23,339 bases of DNA, taken from the IMG/VR virus record IMGVR_UViG_3300045599_000077. One strand, given 5' to 3'. The stretch's first letter is position 1, and the number at the start of each line of letters is the position of its first letter. The position numbers and the translations under genes were made by a program. This document shows, one piece after another, positions 8,072-16,117 of the stretch. The notes beneath the pieces were generated by a model. That model was given only the letters and a program-made list of their open reading frames with translations, searched no databases and was not told the origin of the DNA. This stretch comes from an uncultured virus (IMG/VR IMGVR_UViG_3300045599_000077). Taxonomy: Duplodnaviria > Heunggongvirae > Uroviricota > Caudoviricetes.

Positions 8072-8920
8072 ATGCGGTATATCAATGAGTTTACAATCTA
8101 TTTGCAGAGTAAGGATAAGAGTGAAAATACAATTTCCTGCTATATTCGGGATACGAAGGCGTTTATCGAATGGTATAGCAGCAAAACCGAGCATGGAATT
8201 GAAAAAGTTATCGAGTTTGATGCGGTACAGTATAAGAAGCATCTACAAACCGAGTATAAATCCTTTGTCACGATTAACCGGAAGATAGCCAGCGTAAACT
8301 CATTCTTGAAATGGCTGAGGGAAAAAGGCCATATTAATGAAGAAATAGCTATCAAGACGGTAAAGGACAAGGATGTAAAACAATACAAAGGGCTAGAGAA
8401 CAAGGAATTATGGAAGATACGAAGTGAAATCCACCGCTTAGGCAACCGAATGCATATCTGTATCATTGAATTATTGCTTGGCACAGGCATCCGGGTAAGC
8501 GAACTCACGCATATTCAGCTAACCGATATTCAAATGACTCCACGAAAAGGACTTCTCACCGTAAAAGGGAAAGGAAACTCGAAACGAACCCTTCCATTAA
8601 ATAAGGACACAAGGAAAGCTATTGCTCAATATTTAGAAGTCAGGCCGGAGAGTGATTCGGATTACTTACTAATTGGACAGCGAGGAGCTTTACAGCGGAA
8701 TGCGATTAACTTGATATTGAAGCATTATGGCGACCGGGTAAAGGTAAAAGTCACACCGCATCAGCTACGGCACTCGCTTGGATATAACCTGGTCAAACAA
8801 GGTGTACCGTTGACAACCATCCAGCAAATACTCGGACATGACGATATTTCGACAACGAATATATACACCTTAACAACACAAAAAGATATGGATGAAGCTT
8901 TAGAGAGCGTGGAGTGGTAG
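8072..8920 (+). CDS. Tyrosine recombinase (XerC/D / TnpI-like resolvase, 282 aa)
   Basis: SAM-like N-terminus (KSENTISCYIRD), catalytic R (GIRVSEL), K (KGKG), HQLRH, LGH and Y (TTNIYT). AAAGGA-TGGTG RBS region supports ATG 8072 rather than 7994. Confidence 0.92.
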   Translation: MRYINEFTIYLQSKDKSENTISCYIRDTKAFIEWYSSKTEHGIEKVIEFDAVQYKKHLQTEYKSFVTINRKIASVNSFLKWLREKGHINEEIAIKTVKDKDVKQYKGLENKELWKIRSEIHRLGNRMHICIIELLLGTGIRVSELTHIQLTDIQMTPRKGLLTVKGKGNSKRTLPLNKDTRKAIAQYLEVRPESDSDYLLIGQRGALQRNAINLILKHYGDRVKVKVTPHQLRHSLGYNLVKQGVPLTTIQQILGHDDISTTNIYTLTTQKDMDEALESVEW

Positions 8921-8937
8921 AGATAACCGCTCTTTTT
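8911..8937 (+). terminator. Terminator after tyrosine recombinase
   Basis: GGAGTGGT/ACCGCTCT stem plus T-run. Confidence 0.55.
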
Positions 8938-9038
8938 ATGTTCTACGAAGGGGAGGGGTACTTCTATTTAATGGAATCAGGCCGCCAGCAAAGGCTTCAG
9001 AAAAATTTTCGATGAATTTTTTGGTGAATAATGTTGTG

Positions 9039-9665
9039 TTAGCTGACTTCAACGATAAGAATTTTAAATTCACCACTTGAAGAATCAGAAACTTTAGAAT
9101 AAGGGTTCCAATTTAAGTTATATGAATTAGTTAGGACGATTTCGCTTTCTCTGCCACGTTTAGTTCCAGCAGAAGCTAACTCGCCCCACGCTAATGCACC
9201 ACACAAATTTCTACCTTCATGAATTTTAAAAGCAGCATCTACACTATCGATTTTGGTAGAGACATTCCAATACAAGTTATCATTTGTAAGCATAATTGCG
9301 TATCCAATAGAATGTGTTTCCTTAGAGATAACTTGCTCTAACCTTGAGATATCTTTAATAAAATCATATCTTCCGCAATCCTGAGCACTATGATTTTTAA
9401 GATTAAATGCTTCATCATTGATAATAAAAGATGACTTTTTAGTTTTGTATTTTAGCTCAATTGGAATGTTAATGCCATTGTAATTGACCCAAATGTCTAG
9501 ATAGACATTATTCGATACATAGGGATAGTTATATTCTAACCTGATTTGTGCGTTAGGGTACTGGCTTTGGATTTCCCATGCAAAAGCTAATTGAAAATCT
9601 GCTTCAGAGTGAAAAAGAGGTCTATTGTTTTTTAGTTTAGAGATAACATTTTTAATATCTATCAT
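9039..9665 (-). CDS. Putative PD-(D/E)XK restriction-endonuclease-like protein (antisense moron)
   Basis: SEADFQ helix, YLDIWV and IELKYK motif order match a PD-(D/E)XK core; AAAGGA RBS; very AT-rich; opposite strand to flanking genes. Confidence 0.65.
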   Translation of the reverse strand: MIDIKNVISKLKNNRPLFHSEADFQLAFAWEIQSQYPNAQIRLEYNYPYVSNNVYLDIWVNYNGINIPIELKYKTKKSSFIINDEAFNLKNHSAQDCGRYDFIKDISRLEQVISKETHSIGYAIMLTNDNLYWNVSTKIDSVDAAFKIHEGRNLCGALAWGELASAGTKRGRESEIVLTNSYNLNWNPYSKVSDSSSGEFKILIVEVS

Positions 9666-9746
9666 AATCTAGCTTCCTTTATCTTATTTATTCCTTAATT
9701 TTACTATAAGTTTATAAGGTTCTGCTACTCAAAAGGGGGGATGTAA

Positions 9747-11348
9747 TTGAATGTGGAACAAGAATTTGAGCGTCAAAATCATCTTCTTAAACAATATATG
9801 CAAAAATACTTTTCTCCAGATAAAATAAAACAACTTGCTGAAATATTCACCTTTTCTGAACTCCGAAAACTCATCGGTGAAATGGACATTGAATTTTTCG
9901 CTCTCTGTTACTTCCCGAAGTATTTCGACCGCAAGTTCGGCAAGTTTCATCGGGAACTATTTCAGGAACTCAAATATATGCTATCAAATAAAGGGTTAAT
10001 CAATGCTTTTGGATTGCCAAGGGAACATGGCAAAAGCACGATTAACTCTTTTTTATTTCCTCTGTATGCCACTCTCTATGACAAGTCACAGTTTACGCTA
10101 ATTATTTCGGCTACCGAACAAATTGCGCTTCCATTCCTCGATATGATTAAAGACGAGCTAGAGAACAATCAATTACTGATTGAGGACTTTGGCATCCAGA
10201 AAGGGAACCGCTGGAACAATAATGAAATCTGGATAAAGAGCAGCGGTGGATTGGATTCCTGCATTATGATTCGTGGAATTGATGGTTCACTGCGTGGTAT
10301 CCATTATAAACAGCATAGACCAACGCTAGTGTTGCTGGATGATTTGCTTAAAGATGATACTGCAAAATCCGAAACAAAACGTGAGCAAGTGAAAAATACA
10401 TTCACCGATGTTGTCTTGCCAATCGGCACAAGGGATACTAATATTCTCATCTGCGGTACGATATTAAACGAAGAAGACTTAATGGCTGACTTGTTAAAAG
10501 GAAAAATACCAGGAGTTCGCAGTATTAAAAAGTCGGCGGTCATTCGCTTTTCTGAACGAGATGATTTATGGAGTGAATGGGAAGCCTTATATAATAATTT
10601 GCAGGATGGAGACAGGATAAATACAGCCCTGTCTTTTTTTCATGCTCATAAAGAAGAGATGCTGGAAGGAACAGAAATATTGTGGGATGAGTATCTTGAT
10701 TATTATTACCTCATGTGTAAGAAGCAAGCGATGGGGGAGAAGTCATTTTATAAGGAACTGCAAAATGACCCACGCTCTACAGATGAATACATATTCCAGC
10801 ATATTCAGTATTGGGATCGACTGCCGGATTTTGAAGAGATGGAGATCGTCATGTATATTGACCCGGCGATTAAATCTGGAAAGAAAAACGATTATTCAGC
10901 CATTACGATTTTAGGACAGCATCGAAAAACGAAACAGTGCTATGTTATTGATGGAAATGTGTATAAGTTGTTGCCAGATGATTTGTTTAAACAGATTATT
11001 CACAAATTACTAACATATCCGGTTGATAAAATTGGATTTGAAACGATACAGGCGCAGAGTTATATGAAACAGAAATTTGAGGAGGAACTATGGAAGGCAA
11101 AGATTTATGTTCCGGTGGAGAGTGTGAACAGTAAAGGTCAGAAACATGAACGAATTATTAGTCTAGAGCCGGATGTTAAAAAGGGACATATTCTGTTCAA
11201 TAGGGATAATATACGTTATAACAATCAGATAAAAGATTATAACAAAAATTGCAAATATGATGATGCGCCGGATAGTTTATATGGCGCTGTTCAGTTAGTA
11301 CAAGCGGTCAAGAGTTTAAAGTTCTATGAAAGAAAACTGCTTTTTTAG
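9747..11348 (+). CDS. terL: Terminase large subunit
   Basis: Walker A PREHGKST, Walker B LVLLDD, RNase H-like nuclease residues YIDPA and DDAPDS; TTG start after AAGGGGGG RBS. Confidence 0.93.
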   Translation: MNVEQEFERQNHLLKQYMQKYFSPDKIKQLAEIFTFSELRKLIGEMDIEFFALCYFPKYFDRKFGKFHRELFQELKYMLSNKGLINAFGLPREHGKSTINSFLFPLYATLYDKSQFTLIISATEQIALPFLDMIKDELENNQLLIEDFGIQKGNRWNNNEIWIKSSGGLDSCIMIRGIDGSLRGIHYKQHRPTLVLLDDLLKDDTAKSETKREQVKNTFTDVVLPIGTRDTNILICGTILNEEDLMADLLKGKIPGVRSIKKSAVIRFSERDDLWSEWEALYNNLQDGDRINTALSFFHAHKEEMLEGTEILWDEYLDYYYLMCKKQAMGEKSFYKELQNDPRSTDEYIFQHIQYWDRLPDFEEMEIVMYIDPAIKSGKKNDYSAITILGQHRKTKQCYVIDGNVYKLLPDDLFKQIIHKLLTYPVDKIGFETIQAQSYMKQKFEEELWKAKIYVPVESVNSKGQKHERIISLEPDVKKGHILFNRDNIRYNNQIKDYNKNCKYDDAPDSLYGAVQLVQAVKSLKFYERKLLF

Positions 11349-11380
11349 TTAAAAATGATAAAGAAAGGAAGATTAGATAT

Positions 11381-11671
11381 ATGTGTGAAAAAGGGAATTT
11401 AAAAAAAGTACATGTGATTTATGACTTAAAACCACCAAGAGAAAATGATATATATGTTGATTCCTGTATCGCTGAAGAAATTCAATATCTAAATGATAAA
11501 GGCATTAAAACAATGGGCTGTTGCTGTGGACATGGGGAAAAACCTCCTTTATGTTTGATAAATGTTGATAGCATCAAATTATGCGAAAAGTTAGGGTATA
11601 ATGTTCATGAAATATCGCCTGCTCATACAAAAAGCGGAATAGTACAGGTTTATCTAAAAGATTCTAAATAA
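11381..11671 (+). CDS. Small phage protein with VDxCI...LN..GIxT..CCGHG motif (possibly TYW3-like fold)
   Basis: YVDSCIAEEIQYLNDKGIKTMGCCCGHG; GAAAGGAAG RBS. Confidence 0.7.
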   Translation: MCEKGNLKKVHVIYDLKPPRENDIYVDSCIAEEIQYLNDKGIKTMGCCCGHGEKPPLCLINVDSIKLCEKLGYNVHEISPAHTKSGIVQVYLKDSK

Positions 11672-11714
11672 GAGGTAATTCACTACAAAGATTGATAGAT
11701 ATAGTGATTACCTC
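11672..11714. terminator. Hairpin between convergent genes (possible bidirectional terminator)
   Basis: GAGGTAATTCACTA ... TAGTGATTACCTC inverted repeat. Confidence 0.5.
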
Positions 11715-11722
11715 CGGGATTA

Positions 11723-11956
11723 TTACTTTGTATGAAGTTCGTTTAAACACCAATAGCAACCATCATATCCAGGATTATTCTTGATGTAATTTTCTACTTC
11801 CGAATATGTATCCAACATTTTGATATGGGACGTAGTAATTTTATTTATGTCGCAGGAAGTATGTTCATTATCCAAATCATGAATCTCTTTGTGTTTAGGA
11901 TTAGTATTTACAACATATCTTTTACCGTTAAATGGAGATTGATATCTTCTAGCCAT
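11723..11956 (-). CDS. Small His/Cys putative zinc-binding protein (77 aa; Ada metal-binding-like pattern)
   Basis: AAGGAAGGGA RBS then ATG 11956 (MARRYQ...); YVVNTN..EIH....C...GYDGCYWC. Confidence 0.7.
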   Translation of the reverse strand: MARRYQSPFNGKRYVVNTNPKHKEIHDLDNEHTSCDINKITTSHIKMLDTYSEVENYIKNNPGYDGCYWCLNELHTK

Positions 11957-12070
11957 ACAAATCCCTTCCTTTGTTTTTAATTTTCTATATATTATATATT
12001 TAGTGTAAATGGAATTTAATAGAAACACAAGGGTTTTCTTCTGGATTTTAAAATGAAAGGACGTGATTAT

Positions 12071-13354
12071 TTGCAAATTACCGAAAGTCTAATACTTGAA
12101 TGCTTAAATGAATTGAACAAGAGTGCTGCCGCTAAACAGCAATATAAAGACTACTACGAAGGCAACCATAAAGTTTTACACGACTATGCAATGCAGGATA
12201 GCCGTAGCAACCGCAAACTTGTTTTCAACTTCCCACGCAAATTCGTGGATAATGAAACCGGCTATTTGTTAGGGAAGCCTGTGAACTATGTATCTAAAAC
12301 CGATGATAAAGAGATTATTGATAAAATTGACCGCCACATGAGCCACTGGGACAAAGAACATAATCTCAATCTCCGAAAGCAAAGTGAAATTTATGGCGAA
12401 AGCTATGAATTGAATTACATCAACACAGACGGCGAATTTTCCGCTACCATTTTAACTCCACTCAATGCCTACATATTAGAAGATGGAACGGCAGACCATA
12501 ATGTTCTGCTGGCGCTTCATCAATTCACCCGAAAGTTTGATCCCAAAACGTATCTCGATGTTTACACGGAACAGGACATTCTGCATTACGAAGTGACAGA
12601 TAAAACGAAAATCGAATATATCGGAAAACATAATCACATCTTTGGAAGAGTCCCAGTGATTTCTTGCCCTGCCAACGGGGAAAGAAAAAGCGGCTTCCAG
12701 GATGTGATTTCTTTATTTGATGCGTATAATGCGTTGAATTCTGACTTGGTGAATGAAATTGCTGACCATCGCAATGCGTATTTAATCATAGAGAATGCAA
12801 AGCTGGAAGCAGAAGACTTGATGAATATGAAGAAGATGGGGATTATTCAAGTCCCAAGCGGCGGCAAAGTATCATGGCTGACCAAGGAAATTAATGATTC
12901 GTTTGTTAAAAACGAGTTAGATAATTTGGAGAGAAAGATTTACGACTTAATGGATGAGGTGAATTTTAATGAAAACTGGAGCAGTAATACGTCCTCGCTG
13001 GCCTTGCGAAATAAGTTGCTGAACTTGGAAAACCGAGTGAGCATGCGTGAGGCTATTATGGAAAAGGTCATCAAACAGCGACTGAAAAACTTCTTTATCT
13101 ATCTGGAGAAGAAAGAAGGCAAAGTGTATGACTATCGGGATGTTTCGGTGAAGTTCACCCGGAACCTGCCGACTGATTTAGTGGGCATTGCGGATGTGAT
13201 TGTAAAATTGCAGACGGTATGCTCGCAAGAAACATTGCTAACTTTACTGCCGTTTATTGAAAATCCGAAATTGGAGGTGGAAAAGTATCGTGCGGAAAAA
13301 GCGAGGAATCAAACTGATGAGGGAACGGCTCCAACTACCCCTTCTACTATATAG
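12071..13354 (+). CDS. Phage portal protein, SPP1 gp6-like
   Basis: YYEGNH, KLVFNFPRKFVD..TGYLLGKPV, HIFGRVPV, LFDAYN..NSD and FTRNLP...SQETLL motifs; GAAAGGA RBS before TTG 12071. Confidence 0.93.
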   Translation: MQITESLILECLNELNKSAAAKQQYKDYYEGNHKVLHDYAMQDSRSNRKLVFNFPRKFVDNETGYLLGKPVNYVSKTDDKEIIDKIDRHMSHWDKEHNLNLRKQSEIYGESYELNYINTDGEFSATILTPLNAYILEDGTADHNVLLALHQFTRKFDPKTYLDVYTEQDILHYEVTDKTKIEYIGKHNHIFGRVPVISCPANGERKSGFQDVISLFDAYNALNSDLVNEIADHRNAYLIIENAKLEAEDLMNMKKMGIIQVPSGGKVSWLTKEINDSFVKNELDNLERKIYDLMDEVNFNENWSSNTSSLALRNKLLNLENRVSMREAIMEKVIKQRLKNFFIYLEKKEGKVYDYRDVSVKFTRNLPTDLVGIADVIVKLQTVCSQETLLTLLPFIENPKLEVEKYRAEKARNQTDEGTAPTTPSTI

Positions 13355-13411
13355 TCGTTATCACAATATCCTAGCGCATTATTATCGCATTATTTATAGA
13401 ATGCAAATTTG

Positions 13412-13448
13412 AGTCCAATAACAATCACATGTTATTTGGACTTTTTTT
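13412..13448 (+). terminator. Terminator after portal gene
   Basis: AGTCCAATAAC/GTTATTTGGACT stem plus T-run. Confidence 0.6.
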
Positions 13449-13523
13449 ATGCCTTTTATGAGGCGAATCATTCTGCGTTTCCGGTTCTGATGAGTTGGAA
13501 GGGCAAAAAACAAGGAGGCAATA

Positions 13524-14144
13524 ATGATGAATTTAGAAGAAGTTAAACAGTTTATCGAGGAAAGCAAAGAAAACGAAGAAGTGCAAACATATCTAAAGGG
13601 CTTATATCAAATGAGCGTGGCAGATGTGGAGCATTTCTTGAAAACGAACAAAGAAGGAATGAGCTGGCTGGATTCCACTGTAGATAAGCGAACGGCCAAG
13701 TCGCTGGAAACGTGGAAAGCGAATCATCTGGAAGGCTTGATTGATACAGAAATTAAGAAACGTTTTCCAGAAAAAGATGCCAGAGATATCGAGGTAGAAC
13801 GATTGAGAGCGGAAGTTGAAAAGATGAAGCTGGAGAAACAACGAGAAGTGCTAATGAACCAAGCGATGAAAGCAGCCACAGAAAAGAACTTGCCGTTCAC
13901 ACTCATTGAGTACTTTATTGGAGTTGATGAAGCTTCCACATTGCAAAATTTGACGGTACTTGAAGAAGCGTTTCAACAGGCCGTTCAGAAAGCGGTCGAA
14001 CAACGGTTAAAAGGCGAAGGGTATACGCCTCCTCAATCATCCGCAAGTAACACGATTACATGGCAATCCGTTTCATCCATGTCTCCAGATGAAATCAATC
14101 AAAACTGGGACAGCATTAAACAGGCATTAAAACAAAAATTATAA
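13524..14144 (+). CDS. Capsid scaffolding protein (DUF4355-like)
   Basis: Coiled-coil, EKNLP...AVQKAVEQRLKG..TP pattern; position between portal and capsid. Confidence 0.85.
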   Translation: MMNLEEVKQFIEESKENEEVQTYLKGLYQMSVADVEHFLKTNKEGMSWLDSTVDKRTAKSLETWKANHLEGLIDTEIKKRFPEKDARDIEVERLRAEVEKMKLEKQREVLMNQAMKAATEKNLPFTLIEYFIGVDEASTLQNLTVLEEAFQQAVQKAVEQRLKGEGYTPPQSSASNTITWQSVSSMSPDEINQNWDSIKQALKQKL

Positions 14145-14165
14145 TGAAGGGATTAGGTGATACAT

Positions 14166-14996
14166 ATGTCAGTAACAAATTTTATTCCTACGATTTGGAG
14201 CGCACGTTTAAATGAAGGGTTTAAAAAGAACTTGGTGTATGGGAACTGTGTGAATACAGATTATGAAGGCGAAATTGCCGGACAAGGTTCTACGGTGAAA
14301 ATTAATTCGGTTGGAGCTGTCACAATTGGTACATACGATAAAACAACCGGAATCGGGAATCCGCAGGAATTAGATTCTACACAGAAAACATTGACGATTG
14401 ATCAGGCGAAATATTTTAATTTCCAAGTGGATGATGTCGATAAAGCGCAGGCGAATGTGGATTTATTGGAAGCTGGAATTACGGAGGCATCCTATGGATT
14501 AGCGAATGTGGCTGACCAGTATATTGCCGGATTTTATACCGAAGTAAAAGCAACCAATATCATTGGCGATGATACAACTCCGATTGTGCCAACGAAGGAT
14601 AATGCCTATGATTACTTAGTGGATTTGGGTGTCATCTTAGATGAAAATGATGTGCCGGAAACGGATCGATTTGTCGTAGTTCCTGCCTGGTTCTATGGCT
14701 TGTTAGTGAAAGACCCTCGATTCACAAAAGACAGCAATGTCATGCGTACCGGATATGTAGGAGACATTGATGGGATGGCTGTTTATAAATCGAATAACGT
14801 TCCCAATGTGTCAGGGACAAAGTACAAAATTATCGCTGGACATAAATCAGCGATCTCTTTCGCAGGTCAAATTGAGTCCGTAGAAGCATATCGTCCAGAA
14901 AAGCAATTTTCTGATGCGGTGAAAGGATTACAAGTATACGGAGCAAAATGTATCAAACCAGAAGGATTAGCGGTTCTTACTGCCAACAAAGCATAA
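14166..14996 (+). CDS. Major capsid protein (HK97 fold, P22-coat-like family)
   Basis: FIPTIWS, YEGEI..QGSTVKI, LTIDQAKYFNF.VDDVD, VP..DRFVVV and E.YRPEK.FSDAVKGL.VYGAK motifs; ATG 14166. Confidence 0.92.
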   Translation: MSVTNFIPTIWSARLNEGFKKNLVYGNCVNTDYEGEIAGQGSTVKINSVGAVTIGTYDKTTGIGNPQELDSTQKTLTIDQAKYFNFQVDDVDKAQANVDLLEAGITEASYGLANVADQYIAGFYTEVKATNIIGDDTTPIVPTKDNAYDYLVDLGVILDENDVPETDRFVVVPAWFYGLLVKDPRFTKDSNVMRTGYVGDIDGMAVYKSNNVPNVSGTKYKIIAGHKSAISFAGQIESVEAYRPEKQFSDAVKGLQVYGAKCIKPEGLAVLTANKA

Positions 14997-15009
14997 ATAC
15001 ATAACGAAC

Positions 15010-15039
15010 AGGGTGTCTCTGAAAAGGGATGCCCTTTTT
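15010..15039 (+). terminator. Terminator after capsid gene
   Basis: AGGGTGTCTCT/AGGGATGCCCT stem plus T-run. Confidence 0.6.
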
Positions 15040-15061
15040 CATTTTTAAGGAGGCGGAGCTG

Positions 15062-15337
15062 ATGCTAGGGCGTATCGTATCTTCCAATGGAATCATTGAG
15101 ATGAAGCCACCAGAAACAGAGAAAGAAATCATCCTAGGTGAAGTTGTTTACGAATTGAATCTTATTATTACAAATCATTGTAAAGTGTATATCAATGACA
15201 GTCCTCATTTTATTTATCTACCTATTATCTATACGCAGCCATTTTCTATAAAGGGAATTCCCATCTGGAAATTTAAAATTTGCATGGTTGATCGTTCGAT
15301 TTACCCATTTGAATTTAGCTACTATGGATTTTATTAA
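15062..15337 (+). CDS. Small beta-rich protein (possible capsid decoration/accessory)
   Basis: AAGGAGG RBS before ATG 15062; alternating hydrophobic beta-strand pattern; position after capsid gene. Confidence 0.6.
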   Translation: MLGRIVSSNGIIEMKPPETEKEIILGEVVYELNLIITNHCKVYINDSPHFIYLPIIYTQPFSIKGIPIWKFKICMVDRSIYPFEFSYYGFY

Positions 15338-15358
15338 TAAGGAAAGGAAGGGATAGGC

Positions 15359-15523
15359 ATGTGGTTTTTGCATAAAGAAACCGGATTGAAATGGGAAGTT
15401 ACCGATGAAGCGCTGATGAGAAGGTTAATGGAGAATGAAAGTTACGATTTGATAGAATCACCTATTGTATCAGCTACAACGGCAAAGAAAAGTAAATCAA
15501 ATGGAAAGCTGGTGAAGGAATGA
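15359..15523 (+). CDS. Small hypothetical protein (54 aa, not in ORF track)
   Basis: GGAAGGGA RBS; MWFLHKETGLKWEVTDE...KLVKE*; stop overlaps next start (ATGA). Confidence 0.7.
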   Translation: MWFLHKETGLKWEVTDEALMRRLMENESYDLIESPIVSATTAKKSKSNGKLVKE

Positions 15524-15828
15524 CGGAACAGATTGACCTGATGAAGAATTTGTTGCAGATAGAAAGTGCAGATGCCACAAGAGACATGATTTTGCTTCAT
15601 TATATACAGAAAGCACGAAGCAATATCTTAGGCTATTGTAATGTAAACGAATTACCATCGATTTATGATTTTATTGTGGTGGACTATGCGGTATATCTGT
15701 ATCGCAATCGAGATGCGGTAGGCATGACCCGGAAAACAGAAGGAGAGAAAAGCGTCTCGTATGAAGAGATGATTCCGATGTCCATTCGGCTGGCTTTACC
15801 TTTACCGAGAATTAAGGTGGGATATTAG
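15520..15828 (+). CDS. Head-tail connector/adaptor (SPP1 gp15 / HK97 gp6-like)
   Basis: KNLLQI...D.ILL.YI..A...ILGYCN...LP...AVYLY......TEGEKSVSY pattern. Confidence 0.85.
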   Translation: MTEQIDLMKNLLQIESADATRDMILLHYIQKARSNILGYCNVNELPSIYDFIVVDYAVYLYRNRDAVGMTRKTEGEKSVSYEEMIPMSIRLALPLPRIKVGY

Positions 15829-15830
15829 CG

Positions 15831-16103
15831 ATGTTTTATGATACACGCATTCAAATATGGAGTGGACTCGATGAAACGACATTTGTCAAAGAAATCGAAG
15901 GCGATGTACAGCCGTATGTCAAAACCATCGCGTTTGAGGATGGATATGAGCTGGAAGTAACGAAGCGAGTATTTTGTGACCGGGATGAAGCGATTACGAA
16001 GAATGGCTGCCTGATCATTGAAGGTGTCAAATATAAAATTCTAAAAATGAAAGTATGGAGCGATTATGTGGAGATTTTGCTATATGCATGTAAACGGCAA
16101 TAA
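15831..16103 (+). CDS. Putative head closure/stopper protein (SPP1 gp16-like)
   Basis: ~90 aa beta-barrel pattern (GDVQP...KRVFC...IIEGVKYKI); position after adaptor. Confidence 0.65.
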   Translation: MFYDTRIQIWSGLDETTFVKEIEGDVQPYVKTIAFEDGYELEVTKRVFCDRDEAITKNGCLIIEGVKYKILKMKVWSDYVEILLYACKRQ

Positions 16104-16117
16104 GGTGGGGGAGGTGG

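Noticed and set aside
9029..9038. TAATGTTGTG, resembling a recombinase arm, next to the nuclease stop codon (integron-like cassette idea)
   Set aside because: Single degenerate half-site with no partner arm and no matching site on the other flank of the gene.
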